DNA of 64,000 nucleotides from a bacterium (GTDB lineage Bacteria; Patescibacteriota; Minisyncoccia; Phycocordibacterales; VMGT01): NCBI GenBank assembly GCA_030697645.1, contig JAUYPI010000006.1, positions 12,017 to 76,016 of the forward strand, read 5' to 3'. Shown piece by piece: positions 9,778 to 17,712 of this stretch (position 1 is its first letter; each line of letters starts with the position of its first letter). The notes under the pieces were generated by a model. It saw only the letters and a program-made list of their open reading frames with translations, ran no database searches and was not told where the DNA came from. The position numbers and the translations under genes were made by a program.

Positions 9778-10158
9778 ATGCGTTTATTCGGCATTACCAT
9801 TCCAGAGAAGAAGCGGCTCGATATCGGCCTCACGGCGATCTATGGGGTCGGACGTCCGCGCGCCGGAGCGGTTCTCCGGGAGGCAAAGGTAAACCCGGCG
9901 AAGCGACCGGCTGAGGTTAGTGCGGAAGACGAGGCGCGCATTCGGGCAGCACTCGAGAGCATCAAGCTCGAGGGCGAGCTGCGGCGGGATATAAGCGCAA
10001 ACATCAAGCGCCTCCGCGAGAGCAAATCGTACCGCGGCGTGCGCCATGTGCGGCACCTGCCGGCACGAGGTCAGCGCACGAAAACAAATTCACGCACCGT
10101 CCGCGGTAATGTGCGTAAGACCATGGGATCGGGGAGAAAAAAGGTGGAGAAGAAGTAG
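9778..10158 (+). CDS. rpsM: Ribosomal protein S13
   Basis: 126 aa. Canonical S13 sequence (GVGRPRA..., RGQRTKTNSRT). Confidence 0.9.
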   Translation: MRLFGITIPEKKRLDIGLTAIYGVGRPRAGAVLREAKVNPAKRPAEVSAEDEARIRAALESIKLEGELRRDISANIKRLRESKSYRGVRHVRHLPARGQRTKTNSRTVRGNVRKTMGSGRKKVEKK

Positions 10159-10169
10159 ATCGCTTCATT

Positions 10170-10308
10170 GTTTAATTTTCAATTATCAATTATCAATTTT
10201 CAATCAATTTCCAATGAACCAATTTTCAAACACGACGTCGCCGCCACTCAGTCATTCATTGAAACATTGAAAATTTAATGAAAATTGAAAATTGTAAATT
10301 GAAAATTT
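10170..10308. repeat. Family-1 palindromic element, copy 3
   Basis: Between rpsM and rpsK. 5 left units, core GAACCAATTTTCAAACACGACGTCG, right arm ATTGAAAATT x4. Confidence 0.8.
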
Positions 10309-10314
10309 CGTGCT

Positions 10315-10749
10315 ATGGGCAAAAAACGCATCATCAAAAAAAGCGGCGGGGGTTATGACAGCGGACTTAAATCCCGTGCGCTCTCTCGTGTGGCAAAACG
10401 ACAGATCGAAAAGGGAGTGCTGCATATCCAGTCCACCTACAATAATACGCTCCTCACGCTCGCCGAGGCATCGGGTGCGGTGCTCTGCGCCTCGTCGAGC
10501 GGCGCGCTCGGCTTCAAGGGCGCGCGCAAAGGGACGCCCTATGCGGCGGCAAAGGTCGGTGAGCTTATCGGCGAGAAAGCGGTGCAGATGGGAATGCGAG
10601 ATGCAGACATTATAGTGAAGGGCGTTGGTGCAGGCCGAGAGTCGTCCGTCCGCGGCTTCATTTCGCGCGGGATCAGCATTAGCAGTCTTCGGGATGCAAC
10701 GCCCGTACCTTTCAACGGCCCGCGGCCGCCGAAGCCGAGAAGGGTGTAG
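10315..10749 (+). CDS. rpsK: Ribosomal protein S11
   Basis: 144 aa. Canonical S11 (HIQSTYNNT..., GFKGARKGTPYAA). Confidence 0.9.
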   Translation: MGKKRIIKKSGGGYDSGLKSRALSRVAKRQIEKGVLHIQSTYNNTLLTLAEASGAVLCASSSGALGFKGARKGTPYAAAKVGELIGEKAVQMGMRDADIIVKGVGAGRESSVRGFISRGISISSLRDATPVPFNGPRPPKPRRV

Positions 10750-10752
10750 CAC

Positions 10753-10888
10753 GAAATTTCCAATTTTCAATTTTACAATTTCCAATCAATTTTCAATGTG
10801 TCAATGATGCAATGACGGACGACGTCGTGTTTGAAAATTGGGTCATTGCAAAATTGATTGAAAATTGAAAATTGAGACTTGAAAATTA
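10753..10888. repeat. Family-1 palindromic element, copy 4 (core in inverse orientation)
   Basis: Core reads CAATGACGGACGACGTCGTGTTTGAAAATTGG, the reverse complement of the core in copies 2, 3 and 5. Confidence 0.8.
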
Positions 10889-10909
10889 AGTATACGAGAC
10901 ATCTACTTC

Positions 10910-11545
10910 ATGAAACTCGGACCAAAGTATAAAATTTGTAAGCGTTTAGGTCCCGACGTCTTTGAGAAATGCCAGACGCCGCGGTTTGCGCTGGTCGCGA
11001 GCCGCGCTCCGAAGACGAAGCGAGGTGGAAAGCGAGGCGGGAGGCCGTCTCGAACGGATTACGGCAAACACATGCTTGAAAAGCAGCGTGTGCGGTTTAC
11101 TTATGGCCTCTCGGAGCGGCAGTTTGCGCGCTATGTCAAAGAGTCGGCGCGACCGGCCGGCGCGAAGCCTGCAGAGGCGCTCTACCGGCGGATTGAGTCG
11201 CGTCTCGACAATATCGTGTACCGTCTGTCTCTTGCGCGCACGAGAGCACAGGCGCGCCAGCTCGTCTCGCACGGCCTCATTACGGTGAACGACCGGAAAA
11301 TGAGCAGCCCGTCGTATGCGGTGCGAGTCGGCGAGCGGATAGGGGTCAAGCAGAGCAAGCGCGATCTCGGTGTCTTTGCTTCCCGCGGCCGAGGTGCTGA
11401 AGGAGAAGGCATTGTGATGCCCCCGGCGTGGCTCACGTTCGACGGCGCGAAAATGGAAGGAGTTGTGAGCGCCTTGCCTGCCGCGGAGAATGCCGGAGCG
11501 CAGTCGCTTGATTTGCAGGCGGTGATTGAGTTTTATAGCAGATGA
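10910..11545 (+). CDS. rpsD: Ribosomal protein S4
   Basis: 211 aa. Canonical S4 with S4 RNA-binding domain (SRLDNIVYRLSLARTRAQARQLVSHG). Confidence 0.9.
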   Translation: MKLGPKYKICKRLGPDVFEKCQTPRFALVASRAPKTKRGGKRGGRPSRTDYGKHMLEKQRVRFTYGLSERQFARYVKESARPAGAKPAEALYRRIESRLDNIVYRLSLARTRAQARQLVSHGLITVNDRKMSSPSYAVRVGERIGVKQSKRDLGVFASRGRGAEGEGIVMPPAWLTFDGAKMEGVVSALPAAENAGAQSLDLQAVIEFYSR

Positions 11546-11546
11546 T

Positions 11547-11678
11547 GAAATTTTCAAGGCTCAATTTTTAATTTTCAATCAATTTTCAATGAACTAATTT
11601 TCAAACACGATGTCGTCCGTCGTTGAGTCATTGAAACATTGAAAATTTATTGAAAATTGCAAAATTGAAAATTCTCAA
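11547..11678. repeat. Family-1 palindromic element, copy 5
   Basis: Starts 2 nt after rpsD stop. Core CTAATTTTCAAACACGATGTCGTCCGTCG. Confidence 0.8.
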
Positions 11679-11692
11679 GTCACCATGGTAAT

Positions 11693-11720
11693 TTGACACC
11701 TCAAATTTTAAGTGTATAAT
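11693..11720 (+). promoter_or_regulatory. Near-consensus sigma70-type promoter for rpoA
   Basis: TTGACA, 16-nt spacer, TATAAT (with upstream TG), about 30 nt before the rpoA ATG. Confidence 0.55.
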
Positions 11721-11751
11721 TTATTTTGTTTACTAACCTACTTTTATTTTT

Positions 11752-12762
11752 ATGCCAGACTACACTATTGCGCTGCCGTCAAAACCACGGGTCGTCTTTG
11801 AAGAGGGAATGAGCGGCATGTATGAGATAGACGGCCTTTATCCAGGCTATGGACATACGCTTGGCAATTCGCTTCGGCGTATTATCCTCTCGTCGCTCCC
11901 CGGGGCGGCCATAACGCACATCAAGATCGAAGGGGTACCGCACGAATTTTCGACGATCGAGGGCGTCAAGGAGGACGTCGTCGCACTCACCCTAAATCTC
12001 AAACGCCTCCGGCTCTCGCTCGCCGGAGACGAGCCGCAGACGATGACCCTGAAGGTGAAAGGGCCGCGAGAAGTCATGGGTGCCGATATTGTGGCACCCG
12101 GGCAGGTTACCATATTGAATCCCGAGCTCCACATCGCAGAGGTGACGGCAAAGACGACGCTTGAGATGGAGCTCACCGTGGAGCGGGGGCTCGGGTATGT
12201 GCCAAAGGAGGTGCTTGAGAAAGAGCGCGTCGAGATCGGGACACTGACGCCGGATGCGATTTTTACTCCGATCCGCCGCGTCAACTACGAGGTGGAAAAT
12301 ATGCGCGTCGGCGATCGCACCGACTTCAATCGGCTGCGGGTCTTTGTTGAAACGGACGGGACGCTCACGCCGCGCGAAGCGCTCGAGCAGTCGATTGAGA
12401 TCATGATCCACCAACTCAAGGCAGTGATCGGCTTTGAGGAGAAGGAGGAAGATGAGACAGAGAGCGCAGATGAGACGATGCGTGGCGAACCCGCTCTTCC
12501 GCGCGGCGAGTCCGAGAACCCTGAGAAGCGGAGCGTCGCGGCGCACGAGGAGCTCGATAAAGAATTTTTGAAAACTCGTATCGAAACGCTTGACGGCCTC
12601 TCTGCCCGCACAGCGCACGCGCTCTCTGAGGCGAACATTCGAACCGTCGGCGGACTCGTACGCAAGAAGGCGGAAGACCTGCTTGCACTCGAGGGGATCG
12701 GGGAGAAAGCGATTGAGGAGATTAGAGACGTGCTTGCGAAAAACGGAGTAACGTTGAAGTGA
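11752..12762 (+). CDS. rpoA: DNA-directed RNA polymerase alpha subunit
   Basis: 336 aa. N-terminal dimerisation domain (GNSLRRIILSSLPGAAIT) and C-terminal domain. Confidence 0.9.
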   Translation: MPDYTIALPSKPRVVFEEGMSGMYEIDGLYPGYGHTLGNSLRRIILSSLPGAAITHIKIEGVPHEFSTIEGVKEDVVALTLNLKRLRLSLAGDEPQTMTLKVKGPREVMGADIVAPGQVTILNPELHIAEVTAKTTLEMELTVERGLGYVPKEVLEKERVEIGTLTPDAIFTPIRRVNYEVENMRVGDRTDFNRLRVFVETDGTLTPREALEQSIEIMIHQLKAVIGFEEKEEDETESADETMRGEPALPRGESENPEKRSVAAHEELDKEFLKTRIETLDGLSARTAHALSEANIRTVGGLVRKKAEDLLALEGIGEKAIEEIRDVLAKNGVTLK

Positions 12763-12765
12763 TAT

Positions 12766-13323
12766 ATGCAGGAAAGAATTCCTTTGGAAAAAGTTGGGGA
12801 TGGATCCGAAATATCGAGACAGGAACCTCTCGGGATACTTTCTATTGGTAGTAATTGGACGGAATCTAGCGGCAGGCCGCTCGAAGAAGGAGAATCTCAG
12901 TTCTTTCACTCTACGTATGCATATAATATAAGTCCGGAACAATATCGGGACATTCTCGAAAAAGAAGAGTTTGTACTAGATCGACGGATGTTTGTTGACC
13001 CTATCCCACAAACCGGCTACGGACAGGTTCCCAATGTGGAGATGCGTACGTATAAAGAAAATCCGGACGAGCTTATACTTTTTCGTTTTATTACAAAAGA
13101 TGAAGAGCCGTTTCTTAAGATACAGGCCGAAGGACTTGATCTTAAGGATATAGGGAAAAAAGAAGGGCTGGTTGGAGGACCAGAAAAACGATTCGACCCT
13201 AATTATTTAGGGTATGCACTAAAATTAAGAAAAGTAGGCGAGGAACAATTGGGTGGTTACAAATTTCCTCATAGAGTTGTCACGTTTGAAGTTGTAGAGC
13301 GAATGCCTATTATTCCTGAATAA
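12766..13323 (+). CDS. Hypothetical protein, AT-rich insertion between rpoA and rplQ
   Basis: 185 aa ORF starting 3 nt after rpoA stop. Visibly lower GC and different codon usage from flanking genes. No recognisable domain. Confidence 0.45.
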   Translation: MQERIPLEKVGDGSEISRQEPLGILSIGSNWTESSGRPLEEGESQFFHSTYAYNISPEQYRDILEKEEFVLDRRMFVDPIPQTGYGQVPNVEMRTYKENPDELILFRFITKDEEPFLKIQAEGLDLKDIGKKEGLVGGPEKRFDPNYLGYALKLRKVGEEQLGGYKFPHRVVTFEVVERMPIIPE

Positions 13324-13324
13324 T

Positions 13325-13385
13325 TTTTAGCTTTTAGCGCTAGGTTTTTAGTGCTACTGTGTTAGTCCTCTAAAAGCTAATAGTC
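13325..13385. repeat. Family-2 palindromic element (unit AGCTTTTAGC), copy a
   Basis: TTTTAGCTTTTAGCGCTAGG ... CCTCTAAAAGCTAATAG inverted arms. Confidence 0.6.
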
Positions 13386-13386
13386 T

Positions 13387-13740
13387 ATGCGTCACCACAA
13401 CAGAATCAAAAAATTCGGCCGCGTCGCGCGGCAGCGGAGAGCACTGATCTCCTCGCTCGCCTCATCCCTCATTCGTCATGAGAAGATCACGACGACCGAG
13501 GCGAAAGCAAAGGAGCTTCGGCCATTTATTGAGCGCCTCATCACCGTTGCGCGGCAGGGCACACTCGCCGCGAGGCGAACGACCCTTGCGCGACTTGGCG
13601 GAGAGAGTGTCGCTGCGCGTCGGCTCATGAGCTCTGTTGCCTCGCGCTATCTCTCTCGACCCGGGGGCTACACGCGCATCACAAAACTGCGTGCGCGCAC
13701 CAGCGACAGGGCACCGCAGGCGCGCATTGAATTTGTATGA
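13387..13740 (+). CDS. rplQ: Ribosomal protein L17
   Basis: 117 aa. Canonical L17 (LIRHEKITTTEAKAKELRPFIERLIT). Confidence 0.9.
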   Translation: MRHHNRIKKFGRVARQRRALISSLASSLIRHEKITTTEAKAKELRPFIERLITVARQGTLAARRTTLARLGGESVAARRLMSSVASRYLSRPGGYTRITKLRARTSDRAPQARIEFV

Positions 13741-14108
13741 CAGCCACTGATCAGACACTCTATACAATCGACGCCCGAGCACAGCGTCTCGGGCGGGTTG
13801 CCGCCGATGCGGCGCGCGTCCTTATGGGCAAACACACGCCCCACTACGAGCGCAATCGGATAAACGGGCAGCGCGTACGCATCGAGCACGCGGCAGCACT
13901 CCAGATTGACGAGCGAAAAAAGAAGCATACAATATATTCGCGCCACTCGGGCTATCCGGGCTCGCTCAAGCGCGTAACGCTCGCCGCGATCGAGACGAAG
14001 CGCGGTCGAGAGCGTGCATACAGCGAGGCGCTCCGTCGGGCAGTCTACGGCATGCTGCCGAAGAACAAGCTGAGGCCGAGGATGATGAAACGGCTTGAAA
14101 TCATATAG
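13737..14108 (+). CDS. rplM: Ribosomal protein L13
   Basis: 123 aa. Overlaps rplQ stop by 4 nt. Canonical L13. Confidence 0.9.
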   Translation: MTATDQTLYTIDARAQRLGRVAADAARVLMGKHTPHYERNRINGQRVRIEHAAALQIDERKKKHTIYSRHSGYPGSLKRVTLAAIETKRGRERAYSEALRRAVYGMLPKNKLRPRMMKRLEII

Positions 14109-14170
14109 AGAAAATGATGTAGAGACACGCAGCAAGCAGAACGTCCTCAGCATCAAAACCTAAATGCCGA

Positions 14171-14288
14171 TAAAATTTTCAATTATCAATTTTCAATTTT
14201 CAATCAATTTTCAATTTCTCAATTTTTCAAACACAACGCCGACGTCGTCCATTGAAAATTGTAAAATTGAAAATTGAAAATTTAAACT
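14171..14288. repeat. Family-1 palindromic element, copy 6
   Basis: Core TTTTTCAAACACAACGCCGACGTCGTCC. Ends 3 nt before the rpsI ATG. Confidence 0.8.
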
Positions 14289-14290
14289 GT

Positions 14291-14713
14291 ATGCCTTCCT
14301 CAACCACCCCCAAACCCAAGAAATCCGACCGCTACATCGAGGCAGTTGGCCGCCGCAAGACGGCGATTGCGCGCGTGCGGATCTCACCTGCTTCAAAAAC
14401 GAACGTCTTGATCAACGACCGCTCGATCGAATCGTACTTTCCAGTGGCCACCCTTGCGCAGAGTGTCCTCTCGCCGCTTGCGCTCGCGCCGTCGGCGCAT
14501 TTTAGCGTAAGCGTCCATGTTGTCGGCGGGGGCATTCGCGGCCAGGCAGAGGCGGTGCGCCACGGTATCGCGCGCGCGCTCACGCTCTCGAGCGCTGATC
14601 TCCGGACCCCTCTGAAGCGCGCTGGATTTCTCACGCGTGATCCTCGTGCCAAGGAGCGGCGCAAATTCGGGCTCAAAAAAGCGCGCAAGGCACCGCAATG
14701 GAGTAAACGATAG
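14291..14713 (+). CDS. rpsI: Ribosomal protein S9
   Basis: ORF track 14252-14713 (start inside the repeat). Probable ATG at 14291. Canonical S9 C-terminus RKFGLKKARKAPQWSKR. Confidence 0.85.
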   Translation: MPSSTTPKPKKSDRYIEAVGRRKTAIARVRISPASKTNVLINDRSIESYFPVATLAQSVLSPLALAPSAHFSVSVHVVGGGIRGQAEAVRHGIARALTLSSADLRTPLKRAGFLTRDPRAKERRKFGLKKARKAPQWSKR

Positions 14714-14725
14714 TTTACTCCATTG
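14696..14725 (+). other. Perfect 13-bp hairpin enclosing the rpsI stop codon
   Basis: CAATGGAGTAAAC-GATA-GTTTACTCCATTG. The stop TAG lies in the loop. No T-run follows. Confidence 0.6.
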
Positions 14726-14764
14726 CGGGCGAAGGGGGTCGGGGAAACTGTAGTTTAGTTCCCT

Positions 14765-14888
14765 CTAAATTTTCAATTATCAATTTTCAATCAATTTTGC
14801 AATGAATCAATTTTCAAACACGACGTCGTCCGTCACTCAGTCATTGAAACGTTGAAAATTCATTGAAAATTGCAAAATTGAAAATTAG
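14765..14888. repeat. Family-1 palindromic element, copy 7
   Basis: Core ATCAATTTTCAAACACGACGTCGTCCGTCACTCAGTCATTG. Confidence 0.8.
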
Positions 14889-14896
14889 ACAATCCT

Positions 14897-15469
14897 ATGT
14901 CCGATACAGATCCAGAAAATGCACGAGACGAAACAATAGATATCATATCGGAAGAGGAAGAGCAGAATTCCTCCGTCCTGATCCAAAAGCTCCGTGGTAA
15001 GTTGAAGCTCTGCGAGGCCGAGCGGCACGAGTACCTCACTGGCTGGCAGCGGGCGAAAGCGGACTTGGTGAATGCACGAAAGGATGAAGAGCGCGAGCGC
15101 GCCACGTTTGTGCGTTTTGCTGCAGAGCGGCTGGTTCGCGACCTCCTGCCGGTGCTCGAGAGCTTTGAGATGGCGTTCTCAAATCCAGGATGGGAGCAGG
15201 CACCACTTGAGTGGCGGCAAGGCATCGAGCACATCCACGCGCAGCTCGTCGCAGTACTTGAGCGCAGCGGCCTTGGGCAAGTACGTCCAGAGATCGGAGA
15301 AAAATTTGACCCTACGCAACACGAATCGGCGGGCGAGACTCCAGTCGAGAGCGCGGAGCAAGATCACGAGATCGTCTCCGTTGTTCGACGCGGCTACCGA
15401 CTGTATGATAAGCTGATACAGCCCGCGAGAGTCATGGTTGGCATATCAGGCGATACGCATGAACATTAA
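14897..15469 (+). CDS. grpE: Nucleotide exchange factor GrpE
   Basis: 190 aa. Coiled-coil N-terminal part and GrpE C-terminal beta domain (VVRRGYRLYDKLIQPARV). Confidence 0.85.
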   Translation: MSDTDPENARDETIDIISEEEEQNSSVLIQKLRGKLKLCEAERHEYLTGWQRAKADLVNARKDEERERATFVRFAAERLVRDLLPVLESFEMAFSNPGWEQAPLEWRQGIEHIHAQLVAVLERSGLGQVRPEIGEKFDPTQHESAGETPVESAEQDHEIVSVVRRGYRLYDKLIQPARVMVGISGDTHEH

Positions 15470-15499
15470 AAGCAGAACGGAACACGCCTCCGAGTCATC

Positions 15500-15650
15500 T
15501 AATTTCCAATTTTCAATTTTGCAATTTTCAATCAATTTTCAATTATCCAATTTTCAAACACGACGCCGACGACGTCCGTCATTGAGTCATTGAAACATTG
15601 AAAATTCATTGGAAATTGAAAATTGTAAATTGAAAATTAAGAAATAATTT
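15500..15650. repeat. Family-1 palindromic element, copy 8
   Basis: Core TCCAATTTTCAAACACGACGCCGACGACGTCCGTCATTGAGTCATTG. Confidence 0.8.
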
Positions 15651-15662
15651 TAAAACTAAACT

Positions 15663-17570
15663 ATGAGTAAAATAATCGGCATTGATCTCGGCACGACATT
15701 CTCGGCGGTTGCGGTCGTCGAGGGCGGTGAGCCGCGGATTATTGAGAACGCAGAGGGCGCGCGCACGACGCCTTCGATTGCCGCGCTCTCGAAGACTGGC
15801 GAGCGACTCGTCGGGCTCATTGCTAAGCGTCAGGCAGTAACGAACCCGAAAAATACGATCTACGGCATCAAGCGCTTTATCGGCCACCGCTTCGACGAGC
15901 AGGAAGTACAGAAAGACAAAGGCTCGGTGCCCTTCGAGGTACGACGCTCCGAGAGCGGCGGTGTTGAGGTGAAGCAGGGGGAGAAGTGGTACCGGCCGGA
16001 GGAAGTGTCCGCGATGATCCTCCAGAAGTTGAAGGCCGACGCCGAGGCCAAGCTCGGCGGCCCGATCACCGAGGCTATAATCACGGTGCCCGCATACTTC
16101 AACGACTCTCAGCGCAAAGCGACGCAGGATGCGGGGCGGATCGCGGGGCTCGATGTCAAGCGCATCATCAACGAGCCGACCGCGGCCGCGCTCGCCTATG
16201 GCTTCAATAAGAAAAAGGAAGAGAAGATTGTCGTGTTCGACTTCGGCGGCGGCACGTTCGACGTCTCGGTGCTCGAGGTCGGCGACGACGTGGTTGAGGT
16301 GAAGTCAACGGATGGCGACGCGCACATGGGCGGCAAGGATATCGACCAGAAGATAATCCACTGGATTGCGGACGAGTACCGCAAACAGAGCGGCATTGAT
16401 GTCCGCGCCGATCCTCTGGCGCTCCAGCGACTCGACGAAGCGGCGGAGAAAGTAAAGCACGAGCTCTCCTCGACGACCCAGAGCGAGATCAATATCCCGT
16501 TTATCACTTCGGATAGCTCGGGCCCCAAACACCTTCTTATGAATATGACGCGCGCTACGCTCGAGGAGCTTGCACGGGAGTACATTGACCGCTCGATCGA
16601 GATTGCGAAGCGCGCGATGGATGCCTCGCCGTTTAAGATCAATGAAATTGACGAGGTGATTCTCGTCGGGGGACAGACGCGCATGCCCGCAATCGAGGAA
16701 GCAGTGAAAAAGTTTTTCGGCAAAGAGCCAAACAAATCGATCAATCCTGACGAAGTCGTTGCGCTCGGCGCAGCGATCCAGGGCGGGATTCTCCGCGGCG
16801 AGGTGAAAGACGTGCTCCTCCTTGATGTGATTCCGCTCTCACTCGGTATTGAAACTATGGGAAACATCGCGACAAAATTGATCGAGCGCAACACGACCAT
16901 TCCGACCTCCCGGACACAGGTGTTTTCGACCGCTGCTGATAACCAGACCAGCGTCGAAATCCACGTCGTGCAGGGCGAGCGGGCCATGGCCGCGGACAAC
17001 AAATCGCTCGGCCGCTTCATTCTCGACGGGCTCCCTCCGGCTCCCCGCGGCATGCCCCAGGTTGAGGTAACATTCGACGTTGACGCAAACGGCATCCTCA
17101 ACGTGACCGCGCGCGACAAGGCGAGTGGAAAGGCGCAATCAATCCGCATCGAGGCTCGCTCAGGGCTCACCGAGGCCGATATCGAGCGGATGAGAAAAGA
17201 CGCAGAGAGCCATGGCGAGGATGATCGACGCAAGCGGGAGGAGGCAGAGGCGCGCAACAGCGCCGAGCAGCTGATTTACACCGCGGAGAAGGCGCTCCGC
17301 GACGCGGGGGACAAGGTTGACAGCGCGGTGAAAACCGCAGTCGAGGAGAAACTCGCGGCGCTGAAAAAAGCGCGCGATGAAAACAACATCGATGGCATGA
17401 AATCCGCAACCGCAGCGCTCTCGCAAGAAATTTCAAAAATCGGCGAGCAAATGTATAAAGCGCAACAAGAGCAGCAGAAGGGAAGTGAGAGCGACAAGAA
17501 GGACGATGGGGGAGGGGTGAGGGATGCGGAGTTTAAGGAGAAGGGAGACGATACGAGCGACAAGCAGTAA
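15663..17570 (+). CDS. dnaK: Molecular chaperone DnaK (Hsp70)
   Basis: 635 aa. [16 protein letters not shown] and other canonical Hsp70 motifs. Confidence 0.95.
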   Translation: MSKIIGIDLGTTFSAVAVVEGGEPRIIENAEGARTTPSIAALSKTGERLVGLIAKRQAVTNPKNTIYGIKRFIGHRFDEQEVQKDKGSVPFEVRRSESGGVEVKQGEKWYRPEEVSAMILQKLKADAEAKLGGPITEAIITVPAYFNDSQRKATQDAGRIAGLDVKRIINEPTAAALAYGFNKKKEEKIVVFDFGGGTFDVSVLEVGDDVVEVKSTDGDAHMGGKDIDQKIIHWIADEYRKQSGIDVRADPLALQRLDEAAEKVKHELSSTTQSEINIPFITSDSSGPKHLLMNMTRATLEELAREYIDRSIEIAKRAMDASPFKINEIDEVILVGGQTRMPAIEEAVKKFFGKEPNKSINPDEVVALGAAIQGGILRGEVKDVLLLDVIPLSLGIETMGNIATKLIERNTTIPTSRTQVFSTAADNQTSVEIHVVQGERAMAADNKSLGRFILDGLPPAPRGMPQVEVTFDVDANGILNVTARDKASGKAQSIRIEARSGLTEADIERMRKDAESHGEDDRRKREEAEARNSAEQLIYTAEKALRDAGDKVDSAVKTAVEEKLAALKKARDENNIDGMKSATAALSQEISKIGEQMYKAQQEQQKGSESDKKDDGGGVRDAEFKEKGDDTSDKQ

Positions 17571-17594
17571 GCAGCATGCGGCAAGCACACGGTT

Positions 17595-17710
17595 CCCAGC
17601 TTTTAGCTGTTAGCTTATAGCTTTTAGCACGGACGGCGGAGCCTCTCAAAAGCTAACAGCGTTATAAGTTTTCCAGCCCTTTGGGCGCAAAGGGCTATGG
17701 CTAAAAGCTC
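17595..17710. repeat. Family-2 palindromic element, copy b
   Basis: CAGCTTTTAGCTGTTAGCTTATAGCTTTTAGC ... CTCAAAAGCTAACAGCG plus inner hairpin GCCCTTTGGGCGCAAAGGGC. Confidence 0.6.
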
Positions 17711-17712
17711 GT

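Noticed and set aside
9637-15650. CRISPR array interpretation of the repeated AATTTTCAAT units
   Set aside because: Units are 8-10 bp and contiguous with no unique spacers. Each locus is a single palindrome (arms inverted around a GC core) and the copies are dispersed between genes. No cas genes are present.
16196-17257. 353-aa minus-strand ORF inside dnaK (similar long antisense ORFs inside rpoA 11992-12942, fusA 27171-28127, SNF2-MTase 51204-52037, ppsA 56723-57739 and 57063-58274, rnr and nrdJ)
   Set aside because: Typical high-GC shadow ORFs lying fully within well-supported conserved genes on the opposite strand, with low-complexity Arg/Ser/Ala-rich translations.
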